Assembly: GCF_011045215.1 (NCBI RefSeq)
Contig: NZ_CP049201.1
Strand: one strand, 5' to 3'
DNA length: 64,000 nt
Source of the DNA: Escherichia coli
Lineage (GTDB): Bacteria > Pseudomonadota > Gammaproteobacteria > Enterobacterales > Enterobacteriaceae
Positions within the stretch are counted from its first letter, which is position 1. Each line of letters begins with the position of its first letter. The translations under genes were made by a program, and so were the position numbers. The notes beneath the pieces are model-generated. The model was not told the origin of the DNA and searched no databases. It saw nothing but the letters and a program-made list of their open reading frames with translations. Shown here in pieces: positions 9,955-20,042 of the stretch.

Positions 9955-10803
9955 TTACCTTTCGGTCAATACATTTGGATAGTATTTCTCAATAATATCA
10001 TTAAGCCTGTCAACCAGTTCTGGTTTCCTGAACGTGATGTGTGCGGAGCCCTTCTTAAAGTATCTGATGCTGAACATCTTATCTTCATAGTCCTCTTTAC
10101 CCTGAACAGACTGGATGTGGTCATCCAGATGAATGGTGATGTTTTCCCGGTTGTCGGGGATCGGTTTGCCGCTGAACAGATACAGCATTCTTTCCAGGTC
10201 GGCAAGTCGATCTGCCTGTTGCCCGGTGATAAGATGAAACCCCCACCGGTCCCATCTCACCAGATTGTTGACGATAATTTTACTGCCAAATTTGCAGGGT
10301 GAGTTGGTTTTGTAATCCCAGCTCAGTCCCCTGAAGACGTTGATCACCCCTCGCTCAAACACCTCATCCTTATTCTGGTGCAGTTGTTCAAATGTGCTCA
10401 GGATATTCGCTTCACTGATTTCCGGAAAATTATCATATTCCAGTGACCGGTACCATGTATCACGGGCCTGTGCATCCATTAAGGACAGCATCCCGGAGCG
10501 TTGCATCAGGTCACGCCAGATTTCGCGGTCAAGATTCCGGGTAATGGCTTTCATTGCCGTTTCAGGTTTCTCCATCAGCCAGCAACCGCAGCGAAAATCC
10601 TGTTTCATGGCCCAGTCCAGAGCAGTTTTACCGCCAATACTTTCTGTCATTGCTGATATTTCTGCCAGTTGCCGGATAAGTGTGTCGATTTGCAGCAGCG
10701 TACTCTTTCGTACAGCCAGAATGTGGCGGATACTGGTTGAGCAGATAACGTCCATATGCCCGTTGACCACTTCCGGACGGGGGATTGTGATATCTGACAT
10801 CAT
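9955..10803 (-). CDS. Conserved island protein (DUF4942-like by recollection)
   Basis: 282-aa ORF with coding-like composition, lying downstream of the CbtA/CbeA module as in many E. coli islands; family name not verifiable here. Confidence 0.5.
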   Translation of the reverse strand: MMSDITIPRPEVVNGHMDVICSTSIRHILAVRKSTLLQIDTLIRQLAEISAMTESIGGKTALDWAMKQDFRCGCWLMEKPETAMKAITRNLDREIWRDLMQRSGMLSLMDAQARDTWYRSLEYDNFPEISEANILSTFEQLHQNKDEVFERGVINVFRGLSWDYKTNSPCKFGSKIIVNNLVRWDRWGFHLITGQQADRLADLERMLYLFSGKPIPDNRENITIHLDDHIQSVQGKEDYEDKMFSIRYFKKGSAHITFRKPELVDRLNDIIEKYYPNVLTER

Positions 10804-10884
10804 CGGTTTTCCTTCTTGTCTGTAAATGAAAAGGCCAGCCGTGTTCAGGCTGGCGTCAGTGGAATGAAGTCTGGTGAGTGAGAC

Positions 10885-11082
10885 TCACCGGTTCTGGTGC
10901 AGAAGCTGCAACTGGCGCAGTGTACGGATATCTTCCCTGGCCTGTTCAATGCAGGGCAGCAGTGCTGCCGAATCCGTTTTATCCTCATCGTTGTCAAAGA
11001 TAATTCCCGATTCGCAGTCGATATTGTCCTGCAGCCACGCAATCAGAATATCCAGCGCTGTTTCCGTGGTTAATGATTTCAT
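10885..11082 (-). CDS. Small hypothetical protein (YeeW-like position)
   Basis: 65 aa from internal Met MKSLTTETALDIL...; conserved position after the toxin module. Confidence 0.35.
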   Translation of the reverse strand: MKSLTTETALDILIAWLQDNIDCESGIIFDNDEDKTDSAALLPCIEQAREDIRTLRQLQLLHQNR

Positions 11083-11093
11083 GTTGTTTCTGG

Positions 11094-11582
11094 TTACCAG
11101 TCGAAAGTGGGTAAACCCGGCAGGCATTCAGCGCTGGCATCCAGATGAATGAGACTGACGCCATAACGTCGGGTAAGTGTGACAACCAGACGACGGAACG
11201 TTTTTGACAGGCCCAGGCGCTTAAGCCGCAGAACCGGGTATGACCACGCATCGGTACGTAACAGATATCCGCTACCTGTGAAATGAATCCATTCTGATTC
11301 GCCGGTGTCATTCGTCTGATGTGACAGCGAGTACAGCCAGGCGTTGTCCTTTTCCGTGATATGTGCGGTACTGCAGCGTATGCCGGTAAGGGCAGCAAAT
11401 GGTGGCGTGCAGTCTGCTGAGGTCCGGTCAGATTCATCAACAACACGAAGGGAGTAGCCGTTATCGCAGACCATGTTAATCAGTTCAGCGAGCTCAATAC
11501 CATCAACGTCAACGACAATGCGCCCCATGTTCAGTGCCTGCACGTTAATGCTGTCGGCTTCCAGCGTCAGGGCCAGTTTCAT
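11094..11582 (-). CDS. Hypothetical protein co-transcribed with the cbtA-like toxin
   Basis: 162 aa; its ATG overlaps the toxin stop codon (ATGA overlap). Confidence 0.5.
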   Translation of the reverse strand: MKLALTLEADSINVQALNMGRIVVDVDGIELAELINMVCDNGYSLRVVDESDRTSADCTPPFAALTGIRCSTAHITEKDNAWLYSLSHQTNDTGESEWIHFTGSGYLLRTDAWSYPVLRLKRLGLSKTFRRLVVTLTRRYGVSLIHLDASAECLPGLPTFDW

Positions 11583-11956
11583 TGTTTCGCCCCCGGATGT
11601 TTACCCTGGGTAATGTTATTTACCGTTCTGTAGTTGTCGCGTGTCATCAGGCCGGTTGCCCGGCGTGCCCGGAGGATATCGATGCTGTTTATTAACTGAG
11701 AACGGGTACAGGCGCTGAATCCCGGCTGGTCGGTACGCACCAGCGCGTATTTTTCCACGAGAAAGTTCACCGCATCACACAGTGAAATGCCAGCTTCAAT
11801 ATGCTGCTCAATCACACGTTCATCAGCGAACGGTGTGTCATTCAGTGTGAGACCGTAATGCTGGTCCAGCAGTCGGGTGAGCAGTGTCTGCCAGATGGTG
11901 ACGGGAGACGGGCAGCGCGATGCCTCCCGTACGTGTGTGTCAGGTAATGTTTTCAT
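11579..11956 (-). CDS. cbtA: CbtA/YeeV/YpjF-family toxin (cytoskeleton-targeting, type IV TA)
   Basis: 125 aa from MKTLP...; long near-identical stretches to recalled YeeV ([52 protein letters not shown]...). Confidence 0.85.
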   Translation of the reverse strand: MKTLPDTHVREASRCPSPVTIWQTLLTRLLDQHYGLTLNDTPFADERVIEQHIEAGISLCDAVNFLVEKYALVRTDQPGFSACTRSQLINSIDILRARRATGLMTRDNYRTVNNITQGKHPGAKQ

Positions 11957-12002
11957 CTTAAGTTCTCTGTAACTGGTAGTGCTAAAGGTGAGATATTCGG
12001 GG

Positions 12003-12377
12003 TTATGAGGTGGTTGCGGGTGCCAGTGTCGAATAAACAGCCATATAAACGTAACCACAGCTGCCGAGGGTGTCGGCTTCGCAGGTCAGCCCTCTGGCAT
12101 ACAGCGTGACGGTATGCTGATGGCGGGGATTCAGTTCACCGCTGGTGAGCATGAGTTCCAGTTGTTTCATCAGCAGCGGAAAGGCCTGGTCCAGATGATA
12201 CGCATCCGCGTCGCTAAACTGCCCCCTGATACCGGCGCGGTCGGCAAGGTAATGCAATTGATTGCCCTCCTGCACCAGACGTGCCCCGAAACAGGGCGTC
12301 ACGGTGCAGGGGAGCCCCCACCAGGGGCGGTCGTTGTTGTCGTTGGGATAATTTGTCACATGGAGTGTGTCTGACAC
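12003..12377 (-). CDS. cbeA: CbeA/YeeU/YfjZ-family antitoxin
   Basis: 124 aa; [23 protein letters not shown]...GELNPRHQH motif block; immediately upstream of the toxin. Confidence 0.85.
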   Translation of the reverse strand: MSDTLHVTNYPNDNNDRPWWGLPCTVTPCFGARLVQEGNQLHYLADRAGIRGQFSDADAYHLDQAFPLLMKQLELMLTSGELNPRHQHTVTLYARGLTCEADTLGSCGYVYMAVYSTLAPATTS

Positions 12378-12452
12378 GATAAAATCCTCACAAAAAAATC
12401 AGTTAAGAATGGTCCGGTGGCAGCGATAATTCTGCTCATCATTTCTCCTGAC

Positions 12453-12674
12453 TCAGTTCAGTGTGACGCTCATCAGCCGGACATACGGGCCAAAACTGTC
12501 CTTACGGCGTTCTGCAAACACGGCCAGCACACCGGGAATATCCTGCACTTCACGACCGGTATACGCCTCAGCACTGCCGTGCCAGCGGTATTTGCCGGTA
12601 CAGAACGGAAAAAGACGGGATGCAGGATGTTGTTGGTGAATACGCATGGCTTCACCACGGGTGATAATTTTCAT
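12453..12674 (-). CDS. yeeT: YeeT-like small protein (DUF987)
   Basis: 73 aa, MKIITRGEAMRIHQQHP... essentially as recalled for YeeT. Confidence 0.75.
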   Translation of the reverse strand: MKIITRGEAMRIHQQHPASRLFPFCTGKYRWHGSAEAYTGREVQDIPGVLAVFAERRKDSFGPYVRLMSVTLN

Positions 12675-12742
12675 GGTGGGATACCTCTGAAGACAGAAGA
12701 TAAAAGTGAAAACAGGTGTGATGTGGTTGTGACGGTGACGGG

Positions 12743-13219
12743 TTAAAGCAGACCGTGTTCCGCAAAGGAGAAAACCTGGTTGCCTCCGACTATCAGATGG
12801 TCCGGCACCCGGATGTCCACCAGGGCCAGCGCCTGTACCAGACGTTCGGTGATAAGCCGGTCTGCCTTACTGGGTGTGACTTCACCGGACGGATGATTGT
12901 GTGCCAGCACCACGGCTGCGGCATTGTGATACAGGGCGCGTTTAATCACTTCCCGGGGATGGACTTCCGTGCGGTTGATAGTGCCGGTGAAGAGGGTTTC
13001 ACCGGCAATCAGCTGATTCTGGTTATTCAGATACAGCACCCGGAATTCTTCACGCTCCAGTCCCGCCATGTTCAGAATCAGCCATTCCCGTGCCGCATGC
13101 GTGGAGGTGAAGGCCACGCCGGGTTCATGAAGATGGCGGTCCAGGGTTTTCAGGGCCCGCTGAATGAGACTGCGCTCGCCGGGCGTCATCTCTCCGGGCA
13201 GAAAGGAAAGCTGTTGCAT
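12743..13219 (-). CDS. RadC-like JAB/MPN-domain protein (YeeS/YfjY family)
   Basis: HNHPSG JAB metalloprotease motif; ATG at 13219 (ORF track extends to 13234). Confidence 0.8.
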   Translation of the reverse strand: MQQLSFLPGEMTPGERSLIQRALKTLDRHLHEPGVAFTSTHAAREWLILNMAGLEREEFRVLYLNNQNQLIAGETLFTGTINRTEVHPREVIKRALYHNAAAVVLAHNHPSGEVTPSKADRLITERLVQALALVDIRVPDHLIVGGNQVFSFAEHGLL

Positions 13220-13234
13220 TGCCCCTGCCTCCAT

Positions 13235-13720
13235 TCAGTCGATGATGCGCATAATGGCGCTGCATTCCGGATGTTGCAGGGCGTAATCCCGCAACCGATA
13301 ATAATGGACCGTCATGGCATAACACTCCGTACGACAGGCATGATGACTGTACGTCATCAGACAGGCGGCAATGCCGGCGGCTTCCGGACTCATTTCAGCG
13401 CGGTTACCGTTCATGGCATTGAACAGTACCCATGTTTCGTCATCATCGTCATCCGGTTCGGGTGCCATAAATGCCCCGCCGTTGTTCAGGGTGTACAGAT
13501 TCCAGATACCACCGCAGTAGTCTTCGCACAGACGGTCCATCCAGCCGAAGACACGGGGTTCCAGGGTCACCCACTGTGGAATGAGGCCAAAGTGCTGCGG
13601 CCAGAAGCTGATGCGCTGTTCATCAGGGACGGGAGTGGCAACCAACTGAGACTGGTTATTCCCTGATGCAGTAGTTACGGAAACAGAAGGTGTGGTGGAG
13701 CTATGCGAAAAGGTTGTCAT
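13235..13720 (-). CDS. Antirestriction protein (YfjX/KlcA-like)
   Basis: 161 aa, acidic stretch EPDDDDDETW, conserved position upstream of the RadC-like gene. Confidence 0.7.
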   Translation of the reverse strand: MTTFSHSSTTPSVSVTTASGNNQSQLVATPVPDEQRISFWPQHFGLIPQWVTLEPRVFGWMDRLCEDYCGGIWNLYTLNNGGAFMAPEPDDDDDETWVLFNAMNGNRAEMSPEAAGIAACLMTYSHHACRTECYAMTVHYYRLRDYALQHPECSAIMRIID

Positions 13721-13811
13721 GAGATGATTCCTTATAAAAAGTAAATGAATGGAAGAATGCCTGGGGATTGGTACAGACGTGAGTCAGGGCTGCACTTTCA
13801 GGGAAACAGCA

Positions 13812-14630
13812 TTAGCGCATGCTCTCCAGCAGCGTTTCTGCCATCACCCACAATGCGCGATTGAGCTTAATGTCCGTGTCGATGCTGTGAATGGCACGGG
13901 TGTGGATACGTTTTCCTTTAGCGCTGCGACCGGAAATTCCGCCTTTCAGCATATTCTCCTGAATGGTCTGATAAGCACTCCACAGGTCCTTACCGTAATC
14001 CTCCCTGCGTCGTGGTGTCAGAATGTCGGCGGTGGTGACGGGCTGATGTTCGTCACCATAACGGTAAGTCAGTGCCGCCTGTGCCAGCGCCTGGTGTGCC
14101 GGTGGCGGCAGAATCAGCGACTGCATGGCATCACGCTTTTCCTCAATCCGGTCAAAAACCCCCACCACCTCGTAAGCCCCTTCAATAACTTTCTCCACCA
14201 CATTTCCCCGGTGTGGAACACGCAATTCTCCCAGAGACTGACCGCAGACCAGTCCATTGGTACAAATGGCACGAAAATATCCGGGTAACATCTGGTAGCT
14301 GGATGAACCGTCATGGGAGTTGAGCAGAATAATTTCAGGGACATGCTGACCGGTTATCTGTCCGGCCCGCCGTAGACGCAGCATGTGTTTTGTGTATTCC
14401 CGGCGGCTCTGGTCGCGCACGCGGGTCTGGCAGGCAAAGAACGGCTGAAAGCCTTCCTTCTGCAGACTTTCCAGCACGGTGATGGTGGGGATCCAGGTAT
14501 AGTTCTCGCTTCTGGATGTGTGCTTATCTTCCCCGAATACGCTGGGAACGACCTGTATCAGTTCTTCGCGAGTTAAGGGGCGATCACGGCGTATCTGGTT
14601 TGCATAACCAAAACGACTTGCTAATCGCAT
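13812..14630 (-). CDS. DUF932-family protein (YfjQ/YafZ-like)
   Basis: 272 aa; size and position in the conserved module. Confidence 0.65.
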   Translation of the reverse strand: MRLASRFGYANQIRRDRPLTREELIQVVPSVFGEDKHTSRSENYTWIPTITVLESLQKEGFQPFFACQTRVRDQSRREYTKHMLRLRRAGQITGQHVPEIILLNSHDGSSSYQMLPGYFRAICTNGLVCGQSLGELRVPHRGNVVEKVIEGAYEVVGVFDRIEEKRDAMQSLILPPPAHQALAQAALTYRYGDEHQPVTTADILTPRRREDYGKDLWSAYQTIQENMLKGGISGRSAKGKRIHTRAIHSIDTDIKLNRALWVMAETLLESMR

Positions 14631-15016
14631 GATTTGCTCCTTATGAATGAGTTAGCGATATAAATGAAAAAGCCGCGTCTTGCGGAGAAGACGCGGCCTG
14701 ATGGGTGAAATGAATGACGTTTATTGTCTGAGAAACCCTTCACTGGCGAGCCACACATTAAGCTGTTTTCCGGCGTCAGACTCAAAATTCCAGCACCGCC
14801 AGCGTAGCTGCCCTTCAGCATTACGGATAACCCGCCGGAAATGCGTTCCCTGGTCATTTTCGATAAACACATTGCAGTAAGCTGTTGTGATGGTAAGTGC
14901 CTGTTCGCGAGAGAAGGACTTTCGGGTAGTAAACGGGACATATGTTTTGCAGAAGAAATCAGAGAAAAACGCCACCAGTACGGTGGCGCCAGTAATGAAA
15001 TAAATACAAGGATATA

Positions 15017-15556
15017 TTACTGAGGTGAGTTATCCCGGGGACGGGAGTCAGGCTCACCATAAATTATCCGGTGTTTTGCCAGCGATTCCGGCATGGTATT
15101 AATACAGTAATTGATGTAGAAAATGTGAAATAAAAATGTCCATACCGGATTCATTTTTAATTCAAAGCGGAACTGTGTCAGCGCATATTGTTGCAGAGCC
15201 GTTCTGGCTCTGAAAGCCCAGATGATGGTGAGGATAATCCAGACCAGTGAGATCAGCGTGGCAATGCCGTACATGGTTTCAGCACCGCGGCTGTAACCAT
15301 AGACGTCACCGTATTCGTCGATCTGAACCGGAAAAGCCATTTTCAGCATGGCGGATATTCCCAGGCATACTGCCATCCAGATAATCATTGCAGGAGAGGA
15401 GAATCGCTGACGGGTTTCATCCATGATGGTATCCTGATATTTATACAGCCACATCAGTGGATAAACACCATATGTGGCGGCTCCCAGTAATACCAGATGC
15501 CATGTGGATGTATTCAGTTTTTCTTTTAACGATGAAATAGTGGAATCATTCATCAC
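15017..15556 (-). CDS. Hypothetical inner-membrane protein
   Basis: 179 aa with about four hydrophobic helices; no family recognised. Confidence 0.45.
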   Translation of the reverse strand: MMNDSTISSLKEKLNTSTWHLVLLGAATYGVYPLMWLYKYQDTIMDETRQRFSSPAMIIWMAVCLGISAMLKMAFPVQIDEYGDVYGYSRGAETMYGIATLISLVWIILTIIWAFRARTALQQYALTQFRFELKMNPVWTFLFHIFYINYCINTMPESLAKHRIIYGEPDSRPRDNSPQ

Positions 15557-15615
15557 GGTTTCCTTATCATTAATTACGTGTGTGGAATTTTCAGAAATAA
15601 AATATTGTGTTGTTT

Positions 15616-16917
15616 TTAGCGGACTGCTTCTCCTCTCACAGTGTAACCTTCAATAAAATTAGCCATATCCTCGTTGTCTTTGTGGCTGTTGTCAGGGAAC
15701 TGCTCAATGGCGAACAATTCAGAGAAAGTATTTCTGCAGTTCAGGGTGGCAATCCGGGTTCCCTGGTTAAACACGAGAATGCCATCAAATGCCGGTGTTT
15801 CTCCGTCGTAGCGCTGCACAACCACATAGTCGTATGAACCTTTATGAAAACGCAGATATTTCAGTTTTCCTTTACCCCGGTTAAGATCGCGCCAGTAATG
15901 AAAGGCACTGACGCCAAACATACCTTCTTTTAATTCCAGCTCCAGCGTGCCGTCTTTTTTGAGAAGGTGGTAGGTGTAGGGAAAACCATCCTGTGCAAGA
16001 ACAGACAGAGCCTTACCGTTTGTGAGCGTACAGTCTGCCAGTGCTGTCGCCGGGATCGCAGATTGCGAATCAGGTGCTGCTGGCCTGGCTTTTTCCGGTT
16101 CAGGGGGATTTTGCTCCCCGGACCCGGTATCGGTTTTCCCGGGAGAAGTGACGGTGGCATCGTAAGCCGGCGTCTGAATACGTGTATCCGGTGGATTGTT
16201 ATCGGCGTCATTAAAACGCTTTGTCGTTGATGAATAGCCTGCCTGTTCGTTGGTGTAGCCGCCTGTAGGCATCCGTGATTTCTTACGCCATTCTCCATTC
16301 ACTTTTTCATACCCGGATTCTGTCATCATCCGTTCCTGCAGACTGGTGATTTCTGTTTCAGGGGAGTGCGGTTGCCTGTCCCCGGAATACAGAAACTCGT
16401 CCAGTGTCATCTTTTTGTTCTTCCGGGTATCCGTGTGGATGAGAGATTTCGGAATAAATGTCTTACAGGCTTCGGTGAAGTTACCTTTACGGAAAGTGGC
16501 CGTTTTCCCTTCAATGGTAACGGTTGCTCCCATGAAGTGTGTGAAAGCCGGTATGGCACGGGCTGCCATATCCGGCGCTGCACGGGGGGTATCCCCCAGC
16601 GTCACCATTCTGCGAAATCCCGTGGCGCTGTTACATACCATGAGAGATTTCCAGGTCTGGTCGTTGATTCTGGTAGTGATAAAGCGGGTTCCCGGAAAAT
16701 CGAGATTATCCGGACATCCCTTGTCCATGCTCATAAAAACCATACCTTCATCAGAAATGAGGGCAGTTTCATTTCCTTCACTACTGATGGCCTGGCATGC
16801 GCCGTTTCTGATTTCCCAGTTGTCGGTAAAATAGTCGCAACCGGTAAGAACGGATATTGCCGAAGCTATCATCAGGGAATGACGTAATACCCGCATGTTC
16901 AGTTTTTTGTTCAGCAT
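15616..16917 (-). CDS. Hypothetical lipoprotein
   Basis: 433 aa; signal peptide ending in lipobox LTGC; Pro/Thr-rich linker in the middle. Confidence 0.5.
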   Translation of the reverse strand: MLNKKLNMRVLRHSLMIASAISVLTGCDYFTDNWEIRNGACQAISSEGNETALISDEGMVFMSMDKGCPDNLDFPGTRFITTRINDQTWKSLMVCNSATGFRRMVTLGDTPRAAPDMAARAIPAFTHFMGATVTIEGKTATFRKGNFTEACKTFIPKSLIHTDTRKNKKMTLDEFLYSGDRQPHSPETEITSLQERMMTESGYEKVNGEWRKKSRMPTGGYTNEQAGYSSTTKRFNDADNNPPDTRIQTPAYDATVTSPGKTDTGSGEQNPPEPEKARPAAPDSQSAIPATALADCTLTNGKALSVLAQDGFPYTYHLLKKDGTLELELKEGMFGVSAFHYWRDLNRGKGKLKYLRFHKGSYDYVVVQRYDGETPAFDGILVFNQGTRIATLNCRNTFSELFAIEQFPDNSHKDNEDMANFIEGYTVRGEAVR

Positions 16918-16959
16918 ATTGTCTCCATACCTGTCGGAACGGCTTTGGCAGGCCGGCGA

Positions 16960-17640
16960 TCACAGGTTAAAGGTGTTGATAAGTTTATGGATGAAAGGGA
17001 AATGTGGCAGAGCGGAGATAAAACGCTCTTCAGCGACCAGACTGTGGATGTGGTCTCTCCGTTCAAACCGTTCTGATGTCAGGCTGACCGATTTGATGTC
17101 TGCCAGGGGAAAGACCCGCAGTTTTTCCTTCTGTAACGCGATCAGATACCAGCTTCCGCTGTAATAAATGAGCCGGCAGGGTTCCAGTGACGGATACCAT
17201 TGCTCAGTCACCAGCGAGATGTGGATGCACTGTCTTATTGCCAGGATGAGTTGCGAGAAACACTCGGGGAGTGTTGCAGTGATATCCGGCGCCGGTAGCC
17301 AGATAAGGCAGGGAGAGGGCTCCTGGTTGTCGGTAAGACAGGTTATCAGTCGTCCGTTCCGGAGCGGAAGTATCCGTGCGATCCCCGTATTCTGTATAAA
17401 TGAAAGCATTTCAGGGAGCGCGCCCGGGTTGCTCTGCCGTCTGAGACTGTACCGGCCATTTCTGTACTCTAAGTCCAGGTGAACCAGACGCTGATGAAAA
17501 TCGCGCTGTAAGGTACGTTCTGTAACACCAAATTCATCTGACAGTGTTTTTAGTGACAGAGATTCTCCGGCCATCAGTCGGCTGATAATGAGTGATAAGC
17601 GAACCGCCAGGCGATCATGCCGGGAACGATTATCAGACAT
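16960..17640 (-). CDS. HTH plus WYL-like domain transcriptional regulator (YfjR-like)
   Basis: 226 aa; N-terminal HTH (LKTLSDEFGVTERTLQRD), C-terminal WYL-like segment (YYSGSWYLIA). Confidence 0.65.
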   Translation of the reverse strand: MSDNRSRHDRLAVRLSLIISRLMAGESLSLKTLSDEFGVTERTLQRDFHQRLVHLDLEYRNGRYSLRRQSNPGALPEMLSFIQNTGIARILPLRNGRLITCLTDNQEPSPCLIWLPAPDITATLPECFSQLILAIRQCIHISLVTEQWYPSLEPCRLIYYSGSWYLIALQKEKLRVFPLADIKSVSLTSERFERRDHIHSLVAEERFISALPHFPFIHKLINTFNL

Positions 17641-17842
17641 AGATGTGTACTCCGTAAGAAAACATCTTTTATTTCATGATGTTATTATGCATCATGATGT
17701 TGAAAGGATGTGTCGTATCCGAATCATCAGGAATAAAATGCAGCAGAAAAAATATTCCTTTAATTATCTGATTTTTAAGCAGGGTCTCATAAAAAGAAGA
17801 ATGCTTGTTAATCCAGCGACACATCCTGTCGGCGTGAGTGTG

Positions 17843-18727
17843 TCAGAACAGACGATCCCACAGTGTGACCAGCAGGTGGATAATGCGGTCCCGGGCCTTA
17901 CGCAGAAGCTGTAACATCCAGGCCGGAAAGCTGAACCGGGCAACGGTGTCGTCAAAGCTTTTCCCGATGGCGTCACCAAAAGTTTGTTGTGCGTGTTTCC
18001 GGGTCTGTTCAGAGCGGTTTTCCCTCCGGATATGTGAATAAACCGCGCTGGTTGCCTGTGGTGGCAGTGCGTGGATCATCAGCGATACCAGTGCCGGAAG
18101 ATTCCAGCCGACAGGTGCAGCAACGGAGAGTACCGGAAATGATGAAGGGAACAGGGTTGCCACCCGGGCTGTTACTGTTGCCAGTGAGAGTTCCTGCTGA
18201 CGGGACGGGCATTTTTCTGTGTCGTTCCATTCTTCAGCAGGAAACACGCGATCGGCATGGCTGAGAACAAACAGAAAACGCGAGGGATCTGCACCTTCAT
18301 TCAGTAAAAACTGATGCATGGCAATATCAGCAGCATACGCACGTTCATCACTCCGCAGGATCCAGATAATCAGATCCAGTTCCGGTAGCAGCTGACGATA
18401 AAGTGTCCGGTATTCCTGATCATGCTGCGGTGTTTCACCAATGCCGGGCAGATCGACCAGCGTCATTCTGTGTTCACCGAGCTGCAGGGTAAGACGATGA
18501 GCCTGGCGGGTGCAGCCGTTCAGAGGATGTGTGGCGCAGATACGGGACTGAAAAATGGCATTACACAGACTGCTTTTGCCTGTGCCGGATTTACCCATAA
18601 TGCCAATCACGGGCTCGTAATGAATAACACCGTGGAGATGTTCAAGGATTTTCTGGCGAATTTCTTCAGGAAGAAACGTCAGATATGATTTCACTTGTGC
18701 GGAGAGGGAAGAATGGCTGAATGACAT
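17843..18727 (-). CDS. YeeP/YfjP/YkfA-family GTPase
   Basis: 294 aa; G1 P-loop GKSGTGKSS; first gene of the conserved leftward module. Confidence 0.8.
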   Translation of the reverse strand: MSFSHSSLSAQVKSYLTFLPEEIRQKILEHLHGVIHYEPVIGIMGKSGTGKSSLCNAIFQSRICATHPLNGCTRQAHRLTLQLGEHRMTLVDLPGIGETPQHDQEYRTLYRQLLPELDLIIWILRSDERAYAADIAMHQFLLNEGADPSRFLFVLSHADRVFPAEEWNDTEKCPSRQQELSLATVTARVATLFPSSFPVLSVAAPVGWNLPALVSLMIHALPPQATSAVYSHIRRENRSEQTRKHAQQTFGDAIGKSFDDTVARFSFPAWMLQLLRKARDRIIHLLVTLWDRLF

Positions 18728-18911
18728 ACCGTTATCCTGTTGATTTCGCTGAACCGGATCACACTAATCCGGTTTATCATTCATGTAATATGGACGTGAA
18801 AAATGATGGAATGTCTGAATTACGGACATGATTGTTAAAGTGTAATGGAGTATGAAGTGAGTTTTTCCGAACGGGAACTAATGACATACTGCGGTTTCAG
18901 GAGATGAGAGG

Positions 18912-20042
18912 ATGACCGGACGTAAAAACAAATGTGTCAGAAAAAATTGTAACAATCAGGTTTTCTCAGTAAAAATGGCAGTGGAGAAAAGACTGTGCAG
19001 AAAACATTATGAGAGGTTTTGTGAGCTCAAAAAAAGAAGAGAGCAAAATCCTGTTCACAGATTAAATGAAGCATTGCCAAGAAAGATAAAAGAACCCAAA
19101 AGTAAGAAAAAATTAGTAAAAGAAAGAGAAATCATTAACAGCAGAAAAAAACATAAACAGGAGCAGGGACCATCGCTGGCTGAACTTAATAAAAAAGTTC
19201 GTGAGATACTGAAAACTCCGGCATGGAGAACGCTGGAAACGAGAATTCGAAGAAATGGCATCACATTTAAGTCAAAAGCAGAGTTAGATGCGCTTTCTGA
19301 ACTTTATGCAATTTATTCATGGGTTTCATATTGCAAACGGGGCGATAATTATTCTGTGTGGTTTTTGAATTGTCCGGATGTAAATATAAATCTTCATGTG
19401 TGCGAATGCCGGTCTTCTGAAAGCGATTGTTATCTGCCATCCCGTTTTATTATCCTCCCAGCTCCATTAAGGCAAAAAGTAAAAAGAAAATACTCTGCTA
19501 ATTCGTCTGGGGTACCAGGACATAATGATTCAAAAAGTCTTTATAAGACAGTTTTGTCTGTTTGTGGTGGGAAAAGAGAAACCGAATTGTTCTTTTATTC
19601 ACTGCCAGTAAAGACTAATCATCATCCTTACTGGATTAAAAGTGGTGTGGTTAAAAGATTTTCTCCTGTTTTTGGTTTGTTGTTTTATGAGCAGGAAAGG
19701 TTAACAGGAGGTGTTTTTCGTTATGTGTTGATAAGGTTTTATAATACTTTTAAGGAGAATTTGTTTTTTGTTGAGATTGTCTCGTGCTGTTTTCTTGTTG
19801 AGCTTTTTCATGATATTGATTCGTTTTTTATAAATCAACGATTAAGTAAGCTTGAAAGTTTTATAGATAAGTGGAAGGAGGGTAAAGAAATCTGGATAAA
19901 AGCATATCTACAACTTATACATAATACATTGGGAATAACTGAAACAGAAAAACTCGTCAATCTATATAATTCATTTTTTACTGATAAAGTGGTTCTCTGG
20001 GATGAATCAGTAAAAAAAGTTAAGTGGATTTATGAGAAATAG
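18912..20042 (+). CDS. Hypothetical protein, Cys/His-rich basic N-terminus, AT-rich gene
   Basis: 376-aa ORF; N-terminal C-x4-C-x15-C-x2-H-x4-C then a Lys/Arg-rich stretch; no family recognised. Confidence 0.4.
   Translation: MTGRKNKCVRKNCNNQVFSVKMAVEKRLCRKHYERFCELKKRREQNPVHRLNEALPRKIKEPKSKKKLVKEREIINSRKKHKQEQGPSLAELNKKVREILKTPAWRTLETRIRRNGITFKSKAELDALSELYAIYSWVSYCKRGDNYSVWFLNCPDVNINLHVCECRSSESDCYLPSRFIILPAPLRQKVKRKYSANSSGVPGHNDSKSLYKTVLSVCGGKRETELFFYSLPVKTNHHPYWIKSGVVKRFSPVFGLLFYEQERLTGGVFRYVLIRFYNTFKENLFFVEIVSCCFLVELFHDIDSFFINQRLSKLESFIDKWKEGKEIWIKAYLQLIHNTLGITETEKLVNLYNSFFTDKVVLWDESVKKVKWIYEK

Noticed and set aside
14721-14975. 84-aa minus-strand ORF between the DUF932 gene and the membrane-protein gene
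   Set aside because: No RBS or motif support and it overlaps other short ORFs; could be a real small gene but evidence is insufficient.
18728-18911. Expected antigen 43 (flu) autotransporter upstream of the YeeP-type GTPase
   Set aside because: No large autotransporter ORF is present; the position is occupied by an unrelated AT-rich 376-aa ORF.
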